Shown here: positions 29,357 through 40,254 of the stretch, piece by piece
How positions within the stretch are numbered: position 1 is the first letter of the stretch
Layout of the letters: each line of letters starts with the position of its first letter
NCBI GenBank assembly: GCA_963765575.1
Contig: CAVXWZ010000011.1
Coordinates: 128,001-192,000, forward strand
Direction of reading: 5' to 3'
Source of the DNA: an uncultured cyanobacterium
GTDB taxonomy: Bacteria > Cyanobacteriota > Cyanobacteriia > PCC-6307 > Cyanobiaceae
Length of the DNA: 64,000 nucleotides
Notes under the pieces: model-generated
Databases searched by the model: none
The model's input: only the letters and a program-made list of their open reading frames with translations
Told to the model about the DNA's origin: nothing
Position numbers and translations under genes: made by a program

Positions 29357-30979
29357 ATGGCCCCATCGCTGCGTCGCATCGCCCTGATCGTGGCCGCGGC
29401 CACCGCCCTCTCCAAGGTGGCCGGGCTGGTGCGCCAGCAGGTGATCGCCGCCGCCTTCGGGGTGGGATCGGCCTACGACGCCTACAACTACGCCTATGTG
29501 CTGCCCGGCTTTCTGCTGATCCTGCTCGGCGGCATCAACGGCCCCTTCCACAGCGCCATGGTCAGCGTGCTGGCCCGGCGTCCGCGCCAGGAGGGGGCCC
29601 ACGTGCTGGCGTCGATCAACACGCTGGTGGGGGCCGGTCTGATCGTGGTGACCGTGGTGTTGCTGGTGGCGGCCGATCCCCTGATCCGACTGGTGGGTCC
29701 GGGGCTGACCCCCGAGGTGCATGCCATCGCCGTGGTGCAGCTGCGCTGGATGGCGCCCATGGCCCTGTTCGCCGGCCTCATCGGCCTGGGCTTCGGGGCC
29801 CTCAACGCCGCCGATGTGTTCTGGCTGCCCTCGGTGAGTCCGATGCTCTCCAGCCTGTCGGTGATCGCCGGCCTGGCCCTGCTCTGGTGGCAGCTGGGGC
29901 CAGCGATCGCCCTGCCGGAGCAGGCGCTGCTGGGTGGCGTGGTGCTGGCGGGCACCACCACCGTGGGCGCGGTGCTGCAATGGCTGATCCAGCTGCCGGA
30001 GCTGATGCGCCGGGGCCTGCACCAGTTCCGGCTGGTGTGGGACTGGCGTGACCCCGGGGTGCGCGAGGTGCTGCAGGTGATGGCCCCGGCCACCCTGTCC
30101 TCGGGGATGCTGCAGATCAATGTCTTCGTGTCCCTGTTCTTCGCTTCGGGGATCCCGGCTGCGGCGGCTGGCCTGGGCTACGCCAACCTGTTGGTGCAGA
30201 CCCCCCTGGGGCTGATCTCCAACGCCCTGCTGGTGCCGCTGCTGCCGCTCTACGCGCGGCTCACGGCACCGGCGGACCGGCCCGAACTGGTGCAGCGCGT
30301 GCGCCAGGGCCTGATGCTCTCCAACGCTTCGATGCTGCCGCTGGGGGCGCTGATGGTGGCCCTGGCCGGGCCCATCGTGGCGCTGGTCTATGAGCGTGGC
30401 GCCTTTGATCAGAACGCCGCCACCCTGGTGGGCCAGCTGCTGATGGCCTATGGCATCGGCATGCCGGCCTACCTGGCCCGGGACGTGCTGGTGCGCGTGT
30501 TCTACGCCCTCGGCGACGGCGTCACCCCGTTCCGTTGGTCGCTGGCGGGTATCGGCCTCAACGCCATCTTCTGCTGGATCTTCGTGGGCGGCCCGACGCC
30601 CTGGAACCCCCAGCTGTTGCCGGGGATCTATTTCGGTGCCGCTGGTCTGGTGCTGGCCACCGTGGCGGTGAACCTGATCACCTCCGCGGGCCTGCTGCTG
30701 GCCCTGCAACGGCGCCTGGGCGGCCTGCCGCTGCGGGCCTGGGGGCGGGACACGCTGCTGCTGGCGCTGGCGGCGTTGCTGGCGGCCGTAGCCGCCTGGG
30801 TCATGGCCGGCCTCGTGAGCTGGCCCTCAAGCCTCTGGGGCCGGCTGCTGCAGACCGGCCTGAGCAGTGGCGTGGGTCTGGTGATCTACGGGGCCGTTGC
30901 CGGTGCCGCCGGCGTGCCCGAAGCCCAACAGGTGATCGCCATGGTGGGGCGCCGCCTGCCGCTGTCCTGGCGCCGCTGA
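29357..30979 (+). CDS. murJ: Lipid II flippase MurJ (MviN)
   Basis: SKVAGLVRQ, YDAYNYAY, GGINGPFHSA, YERGAFD, RVFYALGD. Confidence 0.95.
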   Translation: MAPSLRRIALIVAAATALSKVAGLVRQQVIAAAFGVGSAYDAYNYAYVLPGFLLILLGGINGPFHSAMVSVLARRPRQEGAHVLASINTLVGAGLIVVTVVLLVAADPLIRLVGPGLTPEVHAIAVVQLRWMAPMALFAGLIGLGFGALNAADVFWLPSVSPMLSSLSVIAGLALLWWQLGPAIALPEQALLGGVVLAGTTTVGAVLQWLIQLPELMRRGLHQFRLVWDWRDPGVREVLQVMAPATLSSGMLQINVFVSLFFASGIPAAAAGLGYANLLVQTPLGLISNALLVPLLPLYARLTAPADRPELVQRVRQGLMLSNASMLPLGALMVALAGPIVALVYERGAFDQNAATLVGQLLMAYGIGMPAYLARDVLVRVFYALGDGVTPFRWSLAGIGLNAIFCWIFVGGPTPWNPQLLPGIYFGAAGLVLATVAVNLITSAGLLLALQRRLGGLPLRAWGRDTLLLALAALLAAVAAWVMAGLVSWPSSLWGRLLQTGLSSGVGLVIYGAVAGAAGVPEAQQVIAMVGRRLPLSWRR

Positions 30980-31010
30980 CGTTGGCGCGGGGGGCGCGGA
31001 GTCGCCAGCC

Positions 31011-31301
31011 TCAGCGGCAGAACGGCTCCAGCACCTCTTCCAGGTCGCGCAGCTGGCCGGCGGGAATCAGCCGTGCCATCGGCAGGCGGGTGCTGCCGCC
31101 GCCGATCGGCACCTGCACCGCCTCAAGGGCCTGACGGGCGCAGACGCCGCTGCCCTGGTCGAGGCGGGCGGCGCACTCGATCGCCAGCTCCTGGGCCAGA
31201 CCGGCATCACCCAGATACAGGTGCCAGTTGGCCACCTGCAGGTAGAGGCGGTCGGCCAGGGCGTCCCGCAGCTCGTTGAGTTCGGTGGCGGAGAGGGTCA
31301 T
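31011..31301 (-). CDS. DUF3181-like protein
   Basis: LADRLYLQVANWHLYLGDAGL...VPIGGG. Confidence 0.8.
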   Translation of the reverse strand: MTLSATELNELRDALADRLYLQVANWHLYLGDAGLAQELAIECAARLDQGSGVCARQALEAVQVPIGGGSTRLPMARLIPAGQLRDLEEVLEPFCR

Positions 31302-31543
31302 GGTTCCGGTTGTCGCTCAGGGCGTAGGGCGATCACGGCGCCGGCATGCACCAGCAGGGCCAGCAGCCAGGAGAGGGTGAGCCAGTTGAGGTGCTGCCAG
31401 GGCTGGCGCAGTTCCTGCACCACCCAGAGGCCACTGTTGACGGCGGCGAACAGGGCGGCATGCAGGGTGAGATTCACGATCCGCTCGAAGTGCCGGTAGG
31501 TGGGATCGGCGGGATCGGCCGGGCCGTACCAGCGGATCGGCAT
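31298..31543 (-). CDS. Small two-TM membrane protein
   Basis: MPIRWYGPADPADPTYRHFERIVNLTLHAALFAAVNSGLW; ATG at 31543. Confidence 0.75.
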   Translation of the reverse strand: MPIRWYGPADPADPTYRHFERIVNLTLHAALFAAVNSGLWVVQELRQPWQHLNWLTLSWLLALLVHAGAVIALRPERQPEP

Positions 31544-31693
31544 GGGTCGCAGCGGCGGGGGACTGCCCCGATCATGGCCCGGACCCGCCCCCGCAGCTGG
31601 CTCTCCCGTTGGCGCCCCAGCTGGCTCAGTAGTTGACGGAAGGGCCCCCCGTGCGCTGAGAATGAGCGTCACGCCGCCTCCGGGCTGGCATCT

Positions 31694-31767
31694 GCGCTTG
31701 TAGCTCAGCGGATTAGAGCATCTGACTACGGATCAGAGGGTCGGGAGTTCGAATCTCTCCAGGCGCG
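31694..31767 (+). tRNA. tRNA-Arg (anticodon ACG)
   Basis: GCGCTTG/CAGGCGC acceptor stem, D-arm TAGCTCAGCGGATTAGAGC, anticodon arm TCTGA-CTACGGA-TCAGA, GTTCGAATC T-loop; CCA not encoded. Confidence 0.97.
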
Positions 31768-31775
31768 CTTTCCCC

Positions 31776-31805
31776 ACCGCTCCGGGTCACCGGGGCGGTT
31801 TTTTT
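31776..31805 (+). terminator. Rho-independent terminator downstream of tRNA-Arg
   Basis: ACCGCTCCGG-GTCA-CCGGGGCGGT hairpin followed by a T-run. Confidence 0.85.
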
Positions 31806-31926
31806 ATCGCCCGTTCCGGCGCGCCTGACGTGGCAGCTCTGAGGCGAGGGATGCCGGTGGCGGCCCTGGGCGCTGGATCGGGGCCGCTGCTTTCTTACGA
31901 TTCCGTTGCATTCTCCTGGCGCACCG

Positions 31927-33210
31927 ATGGCCGACCCCGCCGTGATCGATCAACCCCTGGCGGCCGCCGACCCCGCCATCGCCGCCCTGATCGGCAAGGA
32001 GCTGGAGCGCCAGCAGACCCACCTCGAGCTGATCGCCTCGGAGAACTTCACCTCCCGCGCCGTGATGGAGGCCCAGGGCTCGGTGCTCACCAACAAGTAC
32101 GCCGAGGGCCTGCCGTCGAAGCGCTACTACGGCGGCTGCGAGCACGTGGACGCCATCGAGGAGCTGGCGATCGAGCGGGCCAGGCAGCTGTTCGGGGCCG
32201 CCTGGGCCAATGTGCAGCCCCACAGCGGCGCCCAGGCCAACTTCGCCGTGTTCCTGGCCCTGCTGCAGCCCGGCGACACGATCCTGGGCATGGACCTCAG
32301 CCACGGCGGCCACCTCACCCACGGCTCGCCGGTGAACGTGAGCGGCAAGTGGTTCAAGGCCGTGCACTACGGCGTGGACCCCGAAACCCAGCAGCTCAAC
32401 TTCGACAGCATCCGCCAGCTGGCGCTGCAGCACCGGCCCAAGCTGATCGTGTGCGGCTACTCGGCCTACCCCCGCAGCATCGACTTCCAGGCCTTCCGCG
32501 CCATCGCCGATGAGGTGGGCGCCTTCCTGCTCGCCGACATGGCCCACATCGCCGGCCTGGTGGCCGCCGGCGTGCACGCCAACCCCGTGCCCGCGTGCGA
32601 TGTGGTCACCACCACCACCCACAAGACCCTGCGCGGCCCCCGCGGCGGCCTGATCCTCTGCCGCGATGCCGAGTTCGGCAAGCGCTTTGACAAGGCCGTG
32701 TTCCCCGGCAGCCAGGGCGGCCCGCTGGAGCACGTGATCGCCGCCAAGGCGGTGGCCTTCGGCGAAGCCCTGCTGCCTTCCTTCCGGGCCTACAGCGAGC
32801 AGGTGGTGCGCAATGCCCAGGCCCTGGCGCAGCGCATCCAGGAGCGGGGCATCGCCGTGGTCAGCGGTGGCACCGACAACCACCTGGTGCTGCTGGATCT
32901 GCGCAGCATCGGCATGACCGGCAAGGTGGCGGACCTGCTGGTGAGCGACGTGCACATCACCGCCAACAAGAACACGGTGCCCTTCGATCCCGAGTCCCCC
33001 TTCGTCACCAGTGGTCTGCGCCTCGGCACCGCCGCCTGCACCACCCGCGGCTTTGATGCCGAGGCCTTTGCCGAGGTGGCCGACGTGATCGCCGACCGCC
33101 TGCTCAACCCCGAGGATGGGGCGATCGAGGAGCGCTGCCGGCAGCGGGTGGCGGGGCTCTGCGCGCGCTTCCCCCTCTATGCCGGCGAGCGTCAGCTGCA
33201 GCCCGCCTGA
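31927..33210 (+). CDS. glyA: Serine hydroxymethyltransferase
   Basis: [41 protein letters not shown]. Confidence 0.98.
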   Translation: MADPAVIDQPLAAADPAIAALIGKELERQQTHLELIASENFTSRAVMEAQGSVLTNKYAEGLPSKRYYGGCEHVDAIEELAIERARQLFGAAWANVQPHSGAQANFAVFLALLQPGDTILGMDLSHGGHLTHGSPVNVSGKWFKAVHYGVDPETQQLNFDSIRQLALQHRPKLIVCGYSAYPRSIDFQAFRAIADEVGAFLLADMAHIAGLVAAGVHANPVPACDVVTTTTHKTLRGPRGGLILCRDAEFGKRFDKAVFPGSQGGPLEHVIAAKAVAFGEALLPSFRAYSEQVVRNAQALAQRIQERGIAVVSGGTDNHLVLLDLRSIGMTGKVADLLVSDVHITANKNTVPFDPESPFVTSGLRLGTAACTTRGFDAEAFAEVADVIADRLLNPEDGAIEERCRQRVAGLCARFPLYAGERQLQPA

Positions 33211-33280
33211 ACATCGCTGTGGCTGCCCGTAGGGTGGCGCGGCCCCAGGCCTTCCCACCCGTCCGCCCCGGCCCGTTGCC

Positions 33281-34372
33281 GTGACCCTTGCCTACAGCCC
33301 CAATGCGGCCGCGCTGCTCACCTTTGTGGTGGCGGCGGGGCTCACGGCGCTGGTGGTGCCCCAGGTGCGGCGTCTCGGGCTGCGCTGGGGCCTGACCGAC
33401 CAGCCCGATGCCCGCAAACAGCACACCCGGCCGATGGTGCGGCTGGGGGGGGTGGGCATCATGATCGGCTTCAGCGTGGCCCTCACCCTCACCTGGCTGC
33501 TGGGTGGTTTCGCCGAGCTGGAGCCCAGCAAGGACCTGCTGATCTGGACCACGCTGGCCGGCTGCCTGTGCTTTTTCGTGATCGGCCTGGCCGACGACCT
33601 CTTCGCCCTGCCGCCGCTGCCGCGGCTGGGGGCCCAGCTGGCGGTGTCGCTGGTGGTGTGGGCTGAAGGGGTGCGCATCGGCAGCATCGAGATCCCCTCG
33701 GGCTGGACCGGCCAATCGAGCACCCTGGTGCAGCTGCCCGACTGGCTCAGCCTGCTGGCCACGGTGATCTGGCTGGTGGGCATCACCAACGCCATCAACT
33801 GGCTTGATGGCCTCGACGGCCTGGCTGCCGGCGTCAGCGGCATCGCCGCGGTGGGCCTGCTGTCGGTGAGCTTCAGCCTGCACCAGCCGGCCGCCGGGCT
33901 GCTGGCCGCGGCCCTGGCCGGCGGCTGCCTGGGCTTCCTGCGCCACAACTTCAACCCTGCCCGCATCTTCATGGGCGATGGGGGCTCCTATTTCCTCGGC
34001 TTCGCCCTGGCGGCGGTGAGCATCGTGGGCCCAGCCAAGGGCCTCACCAGCGTCAGTGTGCTGCTGCCGCTGCTGATTCTCTCGCTGCCCCTGGCCGACA
34101 TGTCGGCGGTGATCATGGGCCGACTCAGCGAGGGGCACTCCCCCTTCCATCCCGATCGCCGGCATCTGCACCACCGGCTGCTGCGCACCGGGCTCAGCCA
34201 TCGCCGCACCGTGCTGCTGATCTACGCCTTCACCCAGTGGCTGGCCTCCCTGGCCCTGGTGCTGGTGAACGCGGAGATGCGTTTCCTCTGGCTGGGGCTG
34301 GCCACCGCCGTGTTGATCTGGGTGCTGGTGAGCACCCGCCGGGCCCTGCACAGCCAGGACAGCCCCCGATGA
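33281..34372 (+). CDS. MraY/WecA-family undecaprenyl-phosphate GlcNAc-1-phosphate transferase
   Basis: [48 protein letters not shown]. Confidence 0.92.
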   Translation: MTLAYSPNAAALLTFVVAAGLTALVVPQVRRLGLRWGLTDQPDARKQHTRPMVRLGGVGIMIGFSVALTLTWLLGGFAELEPSKDLLIWTTLAGCLCFFVIGLADDLFALPPLPRLGAQLAVSLVVWAEGVRIGSIEIPSGWTGQSSTLVQLPDWLSLLATVIWLVGITNAINWLDGLDGLAAGVSGIAAVGLLSVSFSLHQPAAGLLAAALAGGCLGFLRHNFNPARIFMGDGGSYFLGFALAAVSIVGPAKGLTSVSVLLPLLILSLPLADMSAVIMGRLSEGHSPFHPDRRHLHHRLLRTGLSHRRTVLLIYAFTQWLASLALVLVNAEMRFLWLGLATAVLIWVLVSTRRALHSQDSPR

Positions 34373-35682
34373 GCCCCGCCGCCGCCGAGGTGCTCTGTGT
34401 GGGCACCGAACTGCTGCTCGGCAGCATCACCAACGGCAACGCCCGCTGGCTTGCCGAGCAGTTGGCCAGTCTGGGGATCCCCCACCTGCGCCAGGAGGTG
34501 GTGGGCGACAACCGCGAGCGCCTGATCGCCGCCGTGCGCGAGGCGTCAGGCCGCTGCCGGGTGCTGATCACCACCGGCGGTCTGGGCCCCACCCCCGACG
34601 ACCTCACCACCGAGGCGATCGCCGCCGCCTTCGGCGCGCCGCTGCAGGAGCGGCCGGAGGCCTGGGCCGAGCTGCAGTCCCGGCTGCTCCAGCGCGGTCG
34701 GCCCATCACCGCCAGCCTGCGCCGGCAGGCCCTGCTGCCTCCCGCTGCCGAGCTGCTGCCCAATCCCACCGGCACGGCTCCGGGCATGATCTGGACCCCC
34801 CGGCCCGGCTTCACGGTGCTCACCTTCCCCGGGGTGCCCAGCGAGATGCGGGCCATGTGGCAGGCCACCGCCGCCCCCTGGCTGCGGCAGGCCGGCCTGG
34901 CCGAGGGGGTGATCGCCAGCCGCCTGCTGCGCTTCTGGGGGCTGGCGGAATCCGACCTGGCCGAGCGGGTGGCCGACCTGCTTGAGGGGGGCAATCCCAC
35001 CGTGGCCCCCTATGCCGGGGCGGGCGAGGTGAAGCTGCGGCTCACGGCCCGGGCCGATTCCGGTGAGCTGGCCCAGGCCCAGCTGGCGCCGCTGGAGGCC
35101 GAGATCCGCGGCCGGCTCGGTCCACTTTGCTTCGGCGCCGACGACGACTCCCTGGCCTCGGTGCTGCTGGAGCTGCTGCGCCGCCGCCAGGAAACCGTGG
35201 CCGTGGCCGAGAGCTGCACCGCCGGCGGCATCGGCGCGGCCCTGGGGGCGGTGCCCGGGGCCTCCGATGCCTTCCTGGGCGGTGTGATCGCCTATGCCAA
35301 CACGGTCAAGCAGGCGCTGCTGGGCGTGCCGGAGAGCACCCTGGCGGTGCACGGGGCGGTGAGCGATCCGGTGGCCCTGGCGATGGCGGCAGGGGTGCGG
35401 CGCCTCACCGGCGCCAGTTGGGGCATCGCCGTGACCGGCATCGCTGGTCCCGGCGGTGGCAGTGCCGCCAAGCCGGTGGGCCTGGTGCACATTGCCGTGG
35501 CCGGCCCCGATGGCAGCCACAGCGAGGCGGTGCGCTTCTCTCCCAGCCGCGGCCGCGCCTGGATCCAGACCCTCAGCACCGGCGCGGCGCTGGACCGGTT
35601 GCGCCTGCGGCTGCTGGCCGGCGACCCAGGCGCAACACCTGGGATGGCAGCAGGCCGTAGCGACGCAGAAAGCAGGCGCTGA
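34369..35682 (+). CDS. cinA: Competence/damage-inducible protein CinA (MoCF domain + NMN deamidase)
   Basis: [50 protein letters not shown]. Confidence 0.95.
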   Translation: MSPAAAEVLCVGTELLLGSITNGNARWLAEQLASLGIPHLRQEVVGDNRERLIAAVREASGRCRVLITTGGLGPTPDDLTTEAIAAAFGAPLQERPEAWAELQSRLLQRGRPITASLRRQALLPPAAELLPNPTGTAPGMIWTPRPGFTVLTFPGVPSEMRAMWQATAAPWLRQAGLAEGVIASRLLRFWGLAESDLAERVADLLEGGNPTVAPYAGAGEVKLRLTARADSGELAQAQLAPLEAEIRGRLGPLCFGADDDSLASVLLELLRRRQETVAVAESCTAGGIGAALGAVPGASDAFLGGVIAYANTVKQALLGVPESTLAVHGAVSDPVALAMAAGVRRLTGASWGIAVTGIAGPGGGSAAKPVGLVHIAVAGPDGSHSEAVRFSPSRGRAWIQTLSTGAALDRLRLRLLAGDPGATPGMAAGRSDAESRR

Positions 35683-36240
35683 AGCTGGAGAGGTGCTGAA
35701 AGCCTTGCCGCTGGGGGGAGCCATGGATCAGCAGTGAGACGTTCGTCCGTGAGCCCACCGAGGTCGCCGCGGGTAAACAGTCGCAGTCGCGGCGAGAGGA
35801 ACACCTGGCCCTGCAGGCCGCTCAGGGGGTGGACCACCGGATCCTCCGCACTTCCCGTGAAGCGACGTTCAATCACCCGGCAACAGAAGGAGCGCTGGAC
35901 GTTCACGGTCACGTCGGTTTCGACATCAAGCACCCTGATGCCGGCGTAGGGAATCAGGGTTGTATCGCCAGGGTTGCCAATCGCCTGTTCCCGTACCCCA
36001 AAGCGATACTTGCACTTTCAGAACATCGTCAATCGGGCTGTCGCGATCGACAGCTGGCTGGGGGAAGGAGTGAACCGGAGATGAACTGTAGATGGGCGGG
36101 AGATGGACTGGTGAGACCGTTGCGATGGAGCGCTGGCTCGGGCGGCTGCCGTGTTGCCAGGCTCTAGCCGTGGCTAGATTGATCCTGTGGTCGCCAGATG
36201 ATCACAGCTTTTCCCTGCTTTCTTCGCTCTCGCATTCATC

Positions 36241-36516
36241 ATGACATCAATTTCTCGTCTTGTTCTTTCACGCACTGGTGCTGGTTTGATGATGACGCTC
36301 TCTCTCGCGCTGATGGCAGGACCTGCTTGGGCTGGCAGCATCACCGCCTCTTCGATCATCAGTGAGGAGTCTGCGAAGCAGCGCGCGATGGAGCAGGTCC
36401 CCAAGAACGCCACGGTGGTGTCAAGCCGCTGTCAGACAATTGGTATGCGGGGTGGTGATTACTCCTACAGATGTTCGGTGCAGTATCAGGTCGAGCCCAC
36501 CGGGGCTCAGCCATAG
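36241..36516 (+). CDS. Small secreted protein with two Cys
   Basis: Signal peptide ending GPAWA; roughly 60-aa mature part with RC...YRC; lies in AT-richer islet. Confidence 0.65.
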   Translation: MTSISRLVLSRTGAGLMMTLSLALMAGPAWAGSITASSIISEESAKQRAMEQVPKNATVVSSRCQTIGMRGGDYSYRCSVQYQVEPTGAQP

Positions 36517-37206
36517 GCGACCTGGCAGACGGCATTGAGCAACTGCGCCTCGGAGGCATTGGCCGGCGGCTGTCCATCGACCAAGGCCCATGTCGCAGTT
36601 GGCGCCCCCGGCGAGTTGGCTCCCTCCGTCGACGCTGTAGAAGAAGCTCACACCATGCTCGCCAATTGCCTCCACGGAGGCATAATTGAGTTGGAATGAT
36701 GTCTGGGGGATCAGAATCACACTGGACTGCGCCGCTGCTGCCGTATTGACGAGCTCGGTGACCGTGGCGGCCGCCGCCAGGCTGGTGATCCCCCAGGCGG
36801 CGGCACTGGCGCCCCACCATCGCCAGCCGGCTGGATTCACCCGATACCAGCCAGTGGCCCAGGGACGGGCCTTCCAGTAGCCGCCGTTGTCCCAGGCGGG
36901 ATGCACGGCGCCATAGGGACGGTTGTAGAAGCCACGGCCCAGATCATCCCCAGCGCGTGGCGCGGCAGGGCGTACTCCGGCCCCGTAGATCGGATGGTAT
37001 CCAGGTCGTCCCACCCCCACTCCGCCCCCAAACCTGTAGCCACCACCGCCACGGCCCAGGCGTGCCTCCACTGCTGAGGCAGAGACCATCGCCAGCGCTC
37101 CGGCCATGGCCAGGCTGAAGGCCCTGCCACCCCACCTTTTCAGCCCACCTTGACCTTCATGATGACCAGGCATCGTGCTGAATGTCGTGATCTTGTCGAT
37201 GCTCAT
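36507..37206 (-). CDS. Secreted Gly/Trp-rich hypothetical protein, apparently frameshifted near 36585
   Basis: Signal peptide ending SAVEA, Gly-rich linker, Trp-rich segment; alternative-frame tail LVDGQPPANASEAQLLNAVCQVAYG* ends at 36507. Confidence 0.6.
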
Positions 37207-37420
37207 CTGACGGCAGCGGGAGTGTATTGATTTTATCTAATCGCGGTGAGATTGACATGTGCTTGTGCGCTGTCATGTCTTTTGCGCGAATCCGTTGGCG
37301 TGCTGTGGGGATGACTGTCGACCGTTGCCCGATGGCTTGCCGGCCGTTCGTAGGCGCCGCCGGGAATGGCCGTCGATCGATCCTGCGCCTGTGCATGCGC
37401 GTGCGCCTCTGCGGCTGCGC

Positions 37421-38044
37421 TCAGCCGCTGCCCGCCAGCCCTGGGAAGCCCTTGGACAGCCCGGTGAACAGCATCTGAGCAGCGATCGAACTGAGCAGCA
37501 GGCCCATGATCTTGGTGAGGACCTGCAGTGTTGATGTACTCAGCAGGTTGCTGAGGCGTTCACCGACGGCAAAGACCAGAAACACCAGCGCACTGATCGC
37601 CAGAATCACCACACTGAGCTCCAGGCGTCCGCTCCGGGTGGCAACCTCCGGCTCCGCCAGCACCAGGGCGATCGTGCCCGGTCCGGCGATCAGCGGAATG
37701 CCGAGCGGCACCACCCCTTTCAAGGCGGAATCCGCATCCCGCTCGACGCTGGCCGGGTCGTGCTGAATCGCCGACGTCTCCGAGTGCAGCATCGACAGAC
37801 CGATCAGCAGCAGGATCAATCCGCCCGCCGCCTGGAACGCCTCGATGCTGATGCCGAAGAGGTTGAGCAGGGCCTGACCCAGCCAGTCGGAGAGCAGCAG
37901 GGTGATCGCCACCGTGAGGGCACAGGAGCGGGCGATGGCCAGATCGCTGCGTCGATTGCCGCTGGTGAACGACAGGTAGATGGGCAGGTTGCCGATCGGA
38001 TTGGCAACCACAAGGATGCCGACGGCCGTGACGGCGAGGGACAT
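37421..38044 (-). CDS. MarC family membrane protein
   Basis: ANPIGNLPIY, FGISIEAFQAAGG, VPLGIPLIAGPG, KIMGLLL. Confidence 0.93.
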   Translation of the reverse strand: MSLAVTAVGILVVANPIGNLPIYLSFTSGNRRSDLAIARSCALTVAITLLLSDWLGQALLNLFGISIEAFQAAGGLILLLIGLSMLHSETSAIQHDPASVERDADSALKGVVPLGIPLIAGPGTIALVLAEPEVATRSGRLELSVVILAISALVFLVFAVGERLSNLLSTSTLQVLTKIMGLLLSSIAAQMLFTGLSKGFPGLAGSG

Positions 38045-38182
38045 GGGTGGGGGTGTCTGCCCTCCCCTCCTAGCCAAGCGGCTGCGGGCCGCCCGTCGGC
38101 TGTCCCTGACCAGGGGGGAGGAATGGCCAAGCCTTCAACCCGGCAGGCCCCCTAGGGTGGCTGATCGCCCCCTTGCTGTTCC

Positions 38183-39625
38183 TTGAGCGCCGGCACCCTC
38201 TACGACAAGGTCTGGGATCTGCACCGGGTTGCCGAGCTTCCCGGTGGCTCCACCCAGCTGTTCATCGGCCTGCACCTGATCCATGAGGTCACCAGCCCCC
38301 AGGCCTTCGCCGCGCTGCGGGATCTGGGCCTGGGCGTCCGCCACCCGGAGCGCACCGTGGCCACGGTGGATCACATCGTGCCCACCACCTCCCAGGCGCG
38401 GCCCTTCGCCGATCCCCTCGCCGAAGAGATGCTCACCACCCTGGAGCGCAATTGCGCCGAGCACGCCATCACCCTGCACGGTCTCGGCAGTGGCCGCCAG
38501 GGGATCGTGCACGTGATCGCCCCCGAGCTCGGCCTCACCCAGCCGGGGATGACGGTCGCCTGCGGTGACTCCCACACCTCCACCCACGGTGCCTTCGGGG
38601 CGATCGCCTTCGGCATCGGCACCAGCCAGGTGCGCGACGTGCTGGCCAGCCAGAGCCTCTCGATGGCCAAGCTCAGGGTGCGGCGCATCTGGGTGGACGG
38701 GCGCCTGCAGAGTGGTGTCTACGCCAAGGATCTGGTGCTGCACATCATCCGCAGCCTGGGCGTCAAGGGCGGCGTGGGCTTTGCCTACGAGTTCGCCGGC
38801 CCGGCCATCGAGGCGCTCTCGATGGAGGAGCGCATGACCCTGTGCAACATGGCGATCGAGGGCGGCGCCCGCTGCGGCTACGTCAACCCGGACGCCACCA
38901 CCTTCGCCTACCTCCAGGGCCGCGCCTGCGCGCCCACCGGGGCAGCCTGGGAGCGGGCCGTGGCCTGGTGGAGCTCGCTTGCCAGTGGGGCGGAGGCCGT
39001 GTTCGACGACGAGGTGCGCTTCGATGCCGCCACGATCGCTCCCACCGTGACCTGGGGGATCACCCCCGGCCAGGGCATCGGTGTGGACGAAACGGTGCCC
39101 ACCCCTGAGGAGCTCGATGCCGACGAGCGGCCCCTCGCCGGGGAGGCCTACCGCTACATGGACCTGAGCCCCGGGGCGCCGATCGCCGGCACCCCGGTGG
39201 ATGTGTGCTTCATCGGCAGCTGCACCAACGGCCGTCTCAGCGACCTGCAGGCCGCCGCCGAGGTGGCCCGCGGGCGGCAGGTGGCGCCGGGCATCCGGGC
39301 CTTCGTGGTGCCGGGCAGTGAGCAGGTGGCCGCCGCCGCCGAGGCCGAGGGGCTCGATGCGCTGTTCCGCAGCGCCGGGTTCGAATGGCGCCAGCCCGGC
39401 TGTTCCATGTGCCTGGCCATGAACCCGGATCGGCTCGAAGGCCGCCAGATCAGTGCCAGCTCCAGCAACCGCAACTTCAAGGGCCGCCAGGGGTCGGCGT
39501 CCGGGCGCACGCTGCTGATGAGCCCGGCGATGGTGGCGGCCGCCGCGGTCGCCGGCCACGTTGTCGATGTGCGCCCCCTGCTGACCGACGCGGCTGCCAC
39601 CGCTCCCTCCCCCCTGCCCACGTGA
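38183..39625 (+). CDS. leuC: 3-isopropylmalate dehydratase large subunit
   Basis: [50 protein letters not shown]. Confidence 0.98.
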   Translation: MSAGTLYDKVWDLHRVAELPGGSTQLFIGLHLIHEVTSPQAFAALRDLGLGVRHPERTVATVDHIVPTTSQARPFADPLAEEMLTTLERNCAEHAITLHGLGSGRQGIVHVIAPELGLTQPGMTVACGDSHTSTHGAFGAIAFGIGTSQVRDVLASQSLSMAKLRVRRIWVDGRLQSGVYAKDLVLHIIRSLGVKGGVGFAYEFAGPAIEALSMEERMTLCNMAIEGGARCGYVNPDATTFAYLQGRACAPTGAAWERAVAWWSSLASGAEAVFDDEVRFDAATIAPTVTWGITPGQGIGVDETVPTPEELDADERPLAGEAYRYMDLSPGAPIAGTPVDVCFIGSCTNGRLSDLQAAAEVARGRQVAPGIRAFVVPGSEQVAAAAEAEGLDALFRSAGFEWRQPGCSMCLAMNPDRLEGRQISASSSNRNFKGRQGSASGRTLLMSPAMVAAAAVAGHVVDVRPLLTDAAATAPSPLPT

Positions 39626-40254
39626 ACCAGCAGCAGCCCTTCCCCTCCGGTCCGATCGCCTCCCACCGCGGCCGCGGCCTGCCGCTGCTGGGCGCCGACA
39701 TCGACACCGACCGGATCATTCCCGCCCGCTTCCTCAAGTGCGTCAGCTTCGAAAACCTGGCCACGGGCGTGTTCGCCGACGACCGCAGCGAGCGGGCGGG
39801 TGACCATCCCTTCGACCGCCCCCCCCATGCGGGGGCCTCGGTGCTGGTGGTGAACCGCAACTTCGGTTGCGGCTCCAGCCGCGAGCACGCCCCCCAGGCG
39901 CTGATGCGCTGGGGGATCCGGGCGCTGATCGGCGAGAGCTTCGCGGAGATCTTCTTCGGCAACTGCCTCGCCCTGGGGCTGCCCTGCCTCAGCGCCGAGG
40001 GCGTCCATGTGGCCGAACTGCAGGCGCTGATCGCGCTGGATCCCGCCGCCGAACTGCTCCTCGATCTGGAGGCGATGGCGGTGGTGGTGGAGAGCGAATT
40101 CGCCGGCGACAACACCTGGCCGGTGCACCTGGATCCGGGGCCGCGCCGCATGTTGCTCAGCGGCCACTGGGATGGCACCTCCCAGCTCGTCGCCCACGAC
40201 GCCCAGCTGCAGGCCACCGCGGCGGCCTTGCCCTACCTCAACGGTTTCCGCTGA
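39622..40254 (+). CDS. leuD: 3-isopropylmalate dehydratase small subunit
   Basis: [36 protein letters not shown] overlaps the leuC stop. Confidence 0.97.
   Translation: MNQQQPFPSGPIASHRGRGLPLLGADIDTDRIIPARFLKCVSFENLATGVFADDRSERAGDHPFDRPPHAGASVLVVNRNFGCGSSREHAPQALMRWGIRALIGESFAEIFFGNCLALGLPCLSAEGVHVAELQALIALDPAAELLLDLEAMAVVVESEFAGDNTWPVHLDPGPRRMLLSGHWDGTSQLVAHDAQLQATAAALPYLNGFR

Noticed and set aside
31633..31663. TTGACG...GAGAAT promoter-like pair upstream of tRNA-Arg
   Set aside because: The 19-nt spacing and weak -10 element make it unsupported without TSS data
31694..31810. tRNA-Arg as a possible integration site
   Set aside because: Followed directly by a terminator and glyA; no integrase or duplicated tRNA 3' end seen
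35292..35933. 213-aa minus-strand ORF overlapping the cinA 3' end
   Set aside because: Most of it is antisense to cinA; only the first 70-80 codons could be a real or remnant gene and I recognise no family, so it is not listed as a feature
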